Shown here in pieces: positions 56,622 to 64,000 of a DNA stretch of 64,000 nt. The DNA is taken from positions 12,430 through 76,429 of the IMG/VR virus record IMGVR_UViG_3300035198_000053. One strand, 5' to 3'. Position numbers and translations under genes: made by a program. Positions within the stretch are counted from its first letter, which is position 1, and the number at the start of each line of letters is the position of its first letter. Source of the stretch: a virus. The notes below the pieces were generated by a model, which did no database searches, was not told the DNA's origin, and worked only from the letters and a program-made list of their open reading frames with translations.

Positions 56622-57457
56622 TCGATTACAAGGCGGCATTAAAAAGAAAAGCGGAACAGTCAGCAGTGGTGGAAAGCGGGCCGACCGTGGCCGAAGTTCA
56701 AACCGACGCGCAGTCCGAGGCCGGGGGAAAAATGGCAGGCATGGAAAGAGAGGAAAGAACTCTCCCCGTCAAACCCACCGGATTCGACCTGGAGGTCACC
56801 AAGAAGCACTTCGCGGTCTACCTGGATCAGATCAAGGGGAAGTTGGCGCGGGCGCGCGAATTGGTCATCAAGGATGACGCCACGTTCGCCGAGGCATCGG
56901 AGCTCTCATTGTGGGCGCGCAAACTCGCCAAGGAGATAGAGGCGAAGCGCGAAGGGTTTGTGAAGACGGAGGAGATCAAACAGGTCGAGAAATACGTCAA
57001 GGACGTCCGGGCGTTTTGCAAGATGTTCATCGAGGATCTGGAGAGAATACAGACCGAGGCCGACCGGAAATGGGTCACCTACAAGACGCTGAAGGAGCAG
57101 GAGCGGCGCGAGCAGGAGGAGCGAGAGAGAAAGGCCCGGGAGAAGCTGCAGGAGAAGGTGAACAGGGAGTCGGCGAAGATGGGCGTGGCCCCGGTTGAGT
57201 TGCCCCCGGCCGCGGTCCCCTCGGAGACAAGCACGGTCAGGACAGAACACGGCAGCATCCACACGCGCGAGTATTGGACTTTCGTCGTGCAGGATATCGA
57301 GAAAGTACCCATCTTTTTCCTGACGGCCTCCGGCCAGAAGATGCAGATCGTGGGGGTTTTAGACAGCGTGATCCGGGATCTGATCAAGGCGGGCGTGAGG
57401 ACGATACCGGGGATCAAGATCTTCAGGGATGACAAGACGGTGAAGAGAGTGGCGTGA
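56618..57457 (+). CDS. Coiled-coil recombination-module protein
   Basis: Coiled coil; C-terminal W.F.V.D..KVP..GVRTIPGIKIF. Confidence 0.65.
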   Translation: MIDYKAALKRKAEQSAVVESGPTVAEVQTDAQSEAGGKMAGMEREERTLPVKPTGFDLEVTKKHFAVYLDQIKGKLARARELVIKDDATFAEASELSLWARKLAKEIEAKREGFVKTEEIKQVEKYVKDVRAFCKMFIEDLERIQTEADRKWVTYKTLKEQERREQEERERKAREKLQEKVNRESAKMGVAPVELPPAAVPSETSTVRTEHGSIHTREYWTFVVQDIEKVPIFFLTASGQKMQIVGVLDSVIRDLIKAGVRTIPGIKIFRDDKTVKRVA

Positions 57458-57699
57458 AAATCGACTGGATCATCTCATCCCAAAACGCGGACGACATCCG
57501 CAAATATCCCGGCCCCGTTGTCTGGGTCAGCAAGTGTCTGAGGTGCGGAGCCGAAGAACCCGCCTATGAGGGAGGGATGGAGGTGGAAATTTTGGCATCG
57601 AAGCTATTCATCAGCAGTCACAAAAACTGCAAGGAGAGGGGAGAAGAAGATGGAAGGGAAAGCGGAGGAGAAAAAGGAGACGTTGCCGGTAAGAGTTGA
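57454..57699 (+). CDS. Small zinc-binding hypothetical protein
   Basis: CLRCG..HKNC; GTGA-coupled. Confidence 0.5.
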   Translation: MKIDWIISSQNADDIRKYPGPVVWVSKCLRCGAEEPAYEGGMEVEILASKLFISSHKNCKERGEEDGRESGGEKGDVAGKS

Positions 57700-58744
57700 G
57701 GCGCTTCCGGCCCCGATCGTGGACGAGAAGGTTGTGGATGACTTCCTCTTCTCGACCGGGACGCGGTTGTCAGACGAGCAAAAAACACTATTCAAGGCGA
57801 TGGCCGTTAGGAACAACCTCGATCCGTTCAAGCGCGAGATCCACGCCTTGACCTTCAAGAATGCCGACACCGGGAAAATAGAACTCTCCGTGGTGACCGG
57901 ATACGAGGTCTACATCAAGCGTGCTGAGCGGACCGGGAAGTTACAGGGGTGGAAGGTCTGGATCGACGGCGAAGGGGAGCAAATGAAGGCGAAGATCCAG
58001 ATCCGCAAGAAAGGATACCAGGATCTCTTCGAATGGGAAGTCGAATTCTCCGAGTACAACCTCGGGCGCGCACTCTGGAAGACGAAGAAGAAGACGATGC
58101 TCAAGAAGGTGGCCATGGCGCAGGGGTTCAGGCTGGCGTTTCAGGAAGACCTCGCGGGAATGCCCTACACCTTTGAGGAGGCGGAGATAATCCGGGATGA
58201 CGCATCGCACGAAGAGACCAAACCGGACGGCCCGGATATGGAGCTGGTCAAGAAATTCGATACAGAGGCCAAGAAAAGAAAAGTGGACGGCGATCTTTTG
58301 GGGAAATTCCTGTCCGATGTGGCCGTGGGCAGCGAGATGACGGTCGACGAGGTCAAGGCGATGTCGATGAACGACCCCAATGTGTGGACGGCCTTTGATG
58401 ATTGGAGGAAGACGCAAAACGCAGAGGCGAGCGACAAAGCTGCGGACCGGCCGGAGGGCGTGCCTAGCGACGAGGAGATCAATGCCGAGTTGAAGAAGAG
58501 GGGGATGATAACCGAGGGGAAGGAGGCTCCCGCGAACTCCTCCGAAAGCCAGGAGAAATCCAGAGATGGGAATGAGAAAACCCTTGACCAATACGGGAAA
58601 GAGATAAGCGCATTCACCGCTGGCGTTGATCTGCAGAAGTGGTTCACCAAAGAGAAGAAAGAGAAGAAAGTCCCCGATAAACTCATGCCGAAAGTCTCGG
58701 AGATGGTAAACAAGAGGCTGTTCGAACTGGTCAGGCCGAAATGA
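57650..58744 (+). CDS. bet: Bet/RecT single-strand annealing protein
   Basis: LDPFKREIH, TGYEVYIKRAERTG, W...KTMLKKVA.AQGFRLAF..GMPYT.EE. Confidence 0.88.
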   Translation: MEGKAEEKKETLPVRVEALPAPIVDEKVVDDFLFSTGTRLSDEQKTLFKAMAVRNNLDPFKREIHALTFKNADTGKIELSVVTGYEVYIKRAERTGKLQGWKVWIDGEGEQMKAKIQIRKKGYQDLFEWEVEFSEYNLGRALWKTKKKTMLKKVAMAQGFRLAFQEDLAGMPYTFEEAEIIRDDASHEETKPDGPDMELVKKFDTEAKKRKVDGDLLGKFLSDVAVGSEMTVDEVKAMSMNDPNVWTAFDDWRKTQNAEASDKAADRPEGVPSDEEINAELKKRGMITEGKEAPANSSESQEKSRDGNEKTLDQYGKEISAFTAGVDLQKWFTKEKKEKKVPDKLMPKVSEMVNKRLFELVRPK

Positions 58745-58747
58745 CAT

Positions 58748-58821
58748 GGCGGGCGGCGGAGAGATCCGGTAACAGCGAAAGTCCTTCTGGCTCATCCCTG
58801 CGTAGTGGGGTCCGCCCGCCC
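58748..58821 (+). ncRNA. tRNA-sized cloverleaf-like intergenic structure
   Basis: 9-bp closing stem GGCGGGCGG/CCGCCCGCC with internal arms CGGA-GAGA-TCCG and ATCCC..GGGGT; lacks TTCGA. Confidence 0.35.
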
Positions 58822-58898
58822 TTCTAAGGAGAGCATCTGGTTGGTAAAGATTCTCAAGGCGCGGATATCGTATCTGCACACAGCGGGGAGGAAAAAGA

Positions 58899-59075
58899 AT
58901 GGACCCGAGAAAATGGAGGGAACGGCTGATGTCAACAAGTAAGGGCAGTTGCATCGTCCTGGACCGCCGCGAGTACGGCCGCAGGATCAGAAAAGCCTTT
59001 TTCATCGGCATGGGGATAGCGTTCTACCTGGGCCTGTGCGCCGGGTACGCGTGGAGGATGGGGGCGGGGGGATAG
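58899..59075 (+). CDS. Small membrane protein
   Basis: RBS GGAGG; MDPRKW..AFFIGMGIAFYLGLCAGYAW. Confidence 0.5.
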   Translation: MDPRKWRERLMSTSKGSCIVLDRREYGRRIRKAFFIGMGIAFYLGLCAGYAWRMGAGG

Positions 59076-59200
59076 ATGTACGATTGCTTAGGATACTCCA
59101 AGTGTGCCGTTTGCGTTTGGTGCTATGAAACGCCTGACATATCTATCTATTGTCGTCTGTGCCGAGATCCTGAAACCTGTGAGGGACCACAAGAAAATTT

Positions 59201-61745
59201 ATGACTTCAATGGGCTATGAAGAGTTTTTGAAATCCAAAATCCAGATATCTAAGCCGTCAGGTTTAGATCAGAAGAATAATTACGATCAATTCCTGAAAC
59301 CCCACCAACGGGATATCGTCAAATGGGCCTTGCGGTCAGGCCGGGCTTTGATTGCCGCGTCCTTCGGGCTCGGGAAAACCCGCTGCGAAATAGCCTTGAT
59401 GCAGGAGATCCACGACCAGACAGGAAAGAGAACCCTGACCGTTTGCCCATTGGCCGTGAAACACCAATTCATAGAGAAAGACGGCAAGACGATGGGCATG
59501 AGACTGCAGTACGTGCGAACAGATGAAGAGGCTCAAAAAGCGAATACGCCATTTCTGATCACTAATTACGAGCGGGTGCGGGATGGGAATATAAGTCCGG
59601 ATTTTATCGCCACCGAAATCGCGGGGTGTTCGCTTGACGAGAGTTCTGTGCTGAGATCGCTTGGAAGCGACACCCAGTTGACGTTCACGGAAGTCATGAA
59701 AATGGTCCCGTACCGCTTTGTGGCGACCGCGACACCCTCCCCGAATGCGTATCGGGAACTCATCTACTATGCGGAGTATCTCGGGGTGATGGACCATGGT
59801 CAGGCCCTGACCCGCTGGTTCAAGCGCGACTCTCAAAAGGCGGGGAACCTTACGATTCATCCGCACCTTGAGAAAGAGTTCTGGCTTTGGGTGTCAAGTT
59901 GGGCGCTGTTTATAGAGCGGCCCTCGGATCTCGGACCATTCGAAGGCGTGGGATTTGGTTGATTCCTGGGGACAGCGAAAGCTCATGATGGACAGCGCCG
60001 GGAGCATTGGGGAATCGATCAAGGAGAAGAGGAACAGCATCACAACCAGAATAAATAAGATGCGCGAGATAATTGAGGCCGATCAACAGTCTCGCCAAAA
60101 ACAAATATTCAAAGACGGCTGTAAGCCGTCTGCCCAATGGATCATTTGGTGTCATCTCAACGATGAGCAGAAATTGATTGAAAAAACACTCAAAGAGATG
60201 GATCTTACAACATCGTCGATTTACGGGGCACTCTCGATCGATGAAACAGAGAGACGGCTTTATGCGTGGCTTGATAACGAGAGCGACATTCTGATCAGCA
60301 AACCTGAAATGCTGGGTTCGGGCTGCAACCTGCAGCAGTGCCACAGGGTCATTTTCGTGGGCATCCGGTATCAGTTCGAGGAGATGATCCAGGCGATTCA
60401 CAGGGTGTGGAGATATCTGCAGGAGAACGCGGTCGAGATTCACATCCTCTATACGGACGCGGAGGATCACGTTAAATCCACCATCCTAAAAAAATGGGAA
60501 CAGCACAAACATCTGATTGCCAACATGACGGAGATAGTCAGGAAATATGGGCTTGTGAACGAGGCCCTAAAAATGGGCCTCCAGAGATCAATTGGAACGG
60601 ATCGGGAAGAGGCCAGGGGGAAGGATTGGGTCCTGGTCAAAAACGATTGCGTTGAAGAGATGAAAAACATGGCGGACAACTCGGTAGATCTTATTCATAC
60701 CTCAATCCCTTTCGGGAACCATTATGAGTATAGTGCGAGCTACAACGATTTCGGCCACAACCCGTCCGACGAGGCGTTCTGGAAGCAGATGGACTTCCTG
60801 ATCCCCGATCTTTTGAGGATTTTGAAGCCTGGTCGAATTGCGGCGATCCACGCGAAGGACCGCCTTCTCTATGGCCATCAAAACGGGCTTGGCGTGATGT
60901 CGGTAGATTATTTCTCCGACGAGTGCAACCGCCAATTCAAAAAGCACGGATTCATCGGTTTTGGGAGGATCACCGTTGTGACCGATGTCGTCAGGGAGAA
61001 CTCGTCGACCTACCGGCTCGGATGGACGGAGAACAGCAAAGATTCGACCAAGATGGGCGTGGGCATGCCGGAATACATTTTGCTCTTTAGGAAGAGGCAG
61101 ACCGACATCACAAAGGCCTACGCCGACGAGCCGGTGAAAAAGGACAAGGGAGAGTATACCCGCTCCCAATGGCAGATTGACGCCCACTCATTCTGGCGAT
61201 CATCGGGCAACCGTCTGTTGAAACCGGAAGAGATTGAAGAAGTGGATCCGGAGAAGTTCAAGGGAATGGAGATATCTCGGGTTTATCAGTGGTTTAGAAA
61301 ATTCAGCAGAAACACCGTTTACGACTACAAAAAGCACGTTGAGATGGGAATCCCGCTGGAAAAAGAGGGTAGATTGCCGGCGTCGTTCATGGCCTTCGCG
61401 CCGGAGGCTCCGCAGGCAACTATCGAGAAAGACGGCTCCTCTGTGTGGACCGACATAAATTTTATGAAGACGCTGAACACAAACCAGTCAAGGTCCAAGA
61501 TAGAGAATCACGTCTGTCCAATGTCTTTCGATATTGTGGAGAGAATAATCAACAGATATTCGAATCCGGGAGAGTTGGTTGTTGATCCATTCTGTGGCTT
61601 GGGAACGGTGCCGATGATCGCCCTGCGAATGGGGCGGAAGGCATATGGGGTCGAGCTCGCGTGGAATTATTGGCAATGGAGCGTTCGGTATCTGGAAGAT
61701 GAGGAGCGGAAGCAAAGAACTCCAAACTTATTTGATCTGGCATAA
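59201..61745 (+). pseudogene. SF2/SNF2-like helicase fused to an N4C/N6A DNA methyltransferase, frameshifted near 59935 (ORFs 59201-59962 and 59955-61745)
   Basis: FGLGKT, DESS, TATPSPN; QAIHRVWR; TSIPF and DPFCGLGT methylase motifs. Confidence 0.8.
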
Positions 61746-61924
61746 GACATGAAAGACGGCCCCGCGTATCCAAATGTTTCAATCCAAGTTGACGGCGCAT
61801 ACTTTGAGATGTGGTCGGCAACTATGTCTTGTGAAGAATTGGGTCTATTTGTAAGAAAACTATTTTCTGAACTTTCAAACGGTAATTTTGAATATGCCGA
61901 CCAATAGGAAAGGAACGAATAAAA

Positions 61925-62803
61925 ATGGGAAAAGCGCCGGCCTTTCAGTTTTATGTCAATGATTGGCTTAGTTCGACGCATATAATGCTTATGACACCGG
62001 CACAAGAGGGGGCATATATTCATCTTTTAGCTATTGCTTGGAATTCCGATGATTGCGGATTGCCCTCAAACGATAATGAGCTAGCAGTATTATCAAGGCT
62101 TGGAGAAGCTTGGTTTAATGGTAATGGAACGGTGGTTAAACGGTGCTTCAAGCAAAAAGGAACCAGGCTTTATAATGAACGGCTTCTACAAGAACGTAAG
62201 AAACAGGATGAATGGAGGGAGAAAAGCCGTCAGGGAGGTATTAAAAGTGGAAAGTTAAGAAGTTCCGATAGATTAGATAAAGAAGGGTGCTTAAAGGGTG
62301 GTTTAAGGGTGGTTGAACCAAAGGGCAACTCTTCTTTTTCTTCTTCTTCTTCTTCTTCTTCTAAAAGATCTTTTAAAACAAGTCCAAACTTCTCCGAAGA
62401 TTCGGACGAGATTCGCCTTTCAAAATTGCTCTTTTCCAAAATTCAACTAAAGGATCCGAAAGCGAAAGTGCCGAAATTTGATAAGTGGGCGCGAGAAATC
62501 GACCTCATGATCAGGATCGACAAAAGAACTGTCGAAGAAATAGAGCTGCTCATCAATTGGTGTCAGGAAGATAATTTCTGGTGCAAGAACATACTTTCTA
62601 CCGGAAAACTAAGAGAGAAGTTTACACAGCTTTTGTTGAAGTTCAAGTCTCCGATATCAAAGGGGATCGGAAAAAACGTGGAATCAGGCGAGATATGGCT
62701 GGGAATCCAGGAGCAGATCGATGAACGCAAAAGACAGAAAGAAGTTCAAGGACGCCTTATCGAAAACAAAGGTGACGCTACCGGGGCCAAACCTGACGCT
62801 TGA
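61925..62803 (+). CDS. Replication initiator (DUF1376/YdaU-like N-terminus)
   Basis: APAFQFYVNDWL..EGAYI.LL..W; C-terminal D.FW..NILS..KLREKF.QL. Confidence 0.8.
   Translation: MGKAPAFQFYVNDWLSSTHIMLMTPAQEGAYIHLLAIAWNSDDCGLPSNDNELAVLSRLGEAWFNGNGTVVKRCFKQKGTRLYNERLLQERKKQDEWREKSRQGGIKSGKLRSSDRLDKEGCLKGGLRVVEPKGNSSFSSSSSSSSKRSFKTSPNFSEDSDEIRLSKLLFSKIQLKDPKAKVPKFDKWAREIDLMIRIDKRTVEEIELLINWCQEDNFWCKNILSTGKLREKFTQLLLKFKSPISKGIGKNVESGEIWLGIQEQIDERKRQKEVQGRLIENKGDATGAKPDA
62128..62362. repeat. Iteron-like repeats and (TTC)n tract: candidate replication origin
   Basis: AA(C/G)GGTG(C/G)TT at 62128, 62139, 62283, 62294, 62305 (11-bp period), then a pyrimidine tract. Confidence 0.6.
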
Positions 62804-63161
62804 TGAACTGGTTTTACGCGATCAGGCCTTTTGGGAGGAGCTTCAAGATTATTCTATTGAGGCTGTAGAGGAGGCGTTTCAGATCGCGCGGCACAACCTG
62901 AAATTCTTCCCCGTTCCGGCGCAAATCCTCGAAATTATAGTCCAGGAATCCAACAAAAGATATCAGGATAACTTATTGATAAATCAAATCGATTGGATGA
63001 AGCCCACCATTGAGGGAAAGGAAAAGGCGAGGGCGGCCCTTAAGTCTCTCTATGACAGATGGGACGCCGAAGATGCGGCCGAAGCGGTCAAAAGAGAAAT
63101 GAGATTCAAGGAACGCAAAAAGGAATTGTCAGATCAGGCCAAGAGGCTTTCTGAAAAATGA
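62721..63161 (+). CDS. Helicase loader/inhibitor-like replication protein
   Basis: FW..L.DY..EAV..AF......KFFP.PA.I; follows the initiator. Confidence 0.6.
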   Translation: MNAKDRKKFKDALSKTKVTLPGPNLTLDELVLRDQAFWEELQDYSIEAVEEAFQIARHNLKFFPVPAQILEIIVQESNKRYQDNLLINQIDWMKPTIEGKEKARAALKSLYDRWDAEDAAEAVKREMRFKERKKELSDQAKRLSEK

Positions 63162-63520
63162 GGAAATCTAAACCGATCAAGAATCTTAAATACAGGTGCG
63201 ACATTCTCGTGGGCAAGAAATGCCGATCCCTCGGACACTGTGAGATCTGCGGGAAGCATTGGGGGGTGATGGAATGGGCCCACTTCACTTCGAGACGGAA
63301 TATTCGGCTTCGGTACGACGAACGAAATTATGCCTGTCTGTGTATTTCGGACCATCAGAGGGGACATAGAGACCCGATTTGGTTTTCTATTGAATGGGAT
63401 AAAATGCGCGGTGCCGGGACAGTGGAGCAGTTGAGAATCGAGGCCGCAAAGGCCGAGCCGATAAGGGAGGACTTCTATCGGCGCGTGATCGAGGAAAACG
63501 GGGGCGCGACGAAAAGATGA
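63158..63520 (+). CDS. NinG-like HNH nuclease
   Basis: CEICG..AHF.SR....RYDERN...LC..DH. Confidence 0.75.
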   Translation: MRKSKPIKNLKYRCDILVGKKCRSLGHCEICGKHWGVMEWAHFTSRRNIRLRYDERNYACLCISDHQRGHRDPIWFSIEWDKMRGAGTVEQLRIEAAKAEPIREDFYRRVIEENGGATKR

Positions 63521-63849
63521 CAAGCGAATTAAATACAAACCTTCTCGCCTACCTGAAACAGAATTGCCGCAGGAAGTCTCCGGAGAAGGTCAGAGATCTG
63601 GCATGGAGGTTTAATGTGTCTGAGCGCAAGATCCGCGCGACGCTGGCAGAATTCAACGAGGGGGGATATCCGGTTGCTACGGCGACGACTCCGCCAATGG
63701 GTGTTTATTGGGCCGGAGAGGCCTCCGACCTGGACGAGTACTGGTCGAACTTGAATAGCCGGGCACTGAAGATCCTGGGTAGGATGCGCGCGGTAAATAA
63801 GGCGAAGACGCGGGAATTCATAAAGCGACAAGGGGAGCTCTTCTTATGA
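63517..63849 (+). CDS. Winged-HTH hypothetical protein
   Basis: DLAWRFNVSERKIR..L....G.PV. Confidence 0.65.
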   Translation: MTSELNTNLLAYLKQNCRRKSPEKVRDLAWRFNVSERKIRATLAEFNEGGYPVATATTPPMGVYWAGEASDLDEYWSNLNSRALKILGRMRAVNKAKTREFIKRQGELFL

Positions 63850-64000
63850 TCGAGTTCACGGTCCAGGGTGTTGCGGTTCCATATATCCGGATGACGCAGG
63901 GACAGGTGAAGTTCATGAGGATCCCTGAATATAAACTGAGCCCGGCGCGGCTTAAAGTAAGGCAAAGGTTGAAGAAATACTTCGACTGGAAAGAATGGGT
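63846..64000 (+). CDS. RusA-like resolvase, N-terminus only (runs off window)
   Basis: MIEFTVQGVAVPYIRMTQ; position in the nin-like region. Confidence 0.5.
   Translation, partial: MIEFTVQGVAVPYIRMTQGQVKFMRIPEYKLSPARLKVRQRLKKYFDWKEW

Larger units (their letters stand above)
1..64000. mobile_element. Siphovirus-like phage/prophage genome segment (ends not in window)
   Basis: Co-oriented portal, protease, HK97 capsid, neck, tail tube, chaperone, tape measure, tail tip, lysis, Bet, replication and RusA-like genes; no host housekeeping genes. Confidence 0.95.

Noticed and set aside
58748-58821. Canonical tRNA
   Set aside because: No TTCGA T-loop, no recognisable anticodon loop, no CCA
61749-61908. 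52-aa ORF as a duplicated N-terminus of the replication initiator
   Set aside because: Similarity (PAY/PAF, M..EE.G) is too weak to support by eye

Overview
The whole window reads as a large part of a tailed dsDNA phage or prophage genome. It is siphovirus-like, with an HK97-type capsid, a tail tube without sheath and a lambda-like tail tip. The host is a Gram-negative bacterium (sigma70 promoters, GT9, PEP-CTERM and lipobox signals; a Desulfobacterota-like host is a guess). Order: sugar-biosynthesis and lipid-linked glycosylation cluster A (1-7.6 kb); a structured non-coding region; an intein-containing portal fused to a Mu gpF-like domain; a 10-kb cassette of five signal-peptide proteins inside the head module, led by a 2055-aa fibre-like protein with about 100 N-X-S/T sequons; an HNH gene that displaced and replaced the 5' end of the prohead protease; the major capsid protein; soluble glycosylation cluster B (27.3-33.9 kb); neck and tail genes; lysis genes; ParB-GNAT-ASCH; and an early region with operators but no repressor, followed by recombination, helicase-methylase and replication genes. 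No terminase, integrase or cI is visible. The best candidate for an undescribed system is phage-encoded export plus periplasmic glycosylation of fibre/adhesin-like proteins, alongside cytoplasmic glycosylation of the capsid. All product calls come from motif recognition by eye; no database searches were run.
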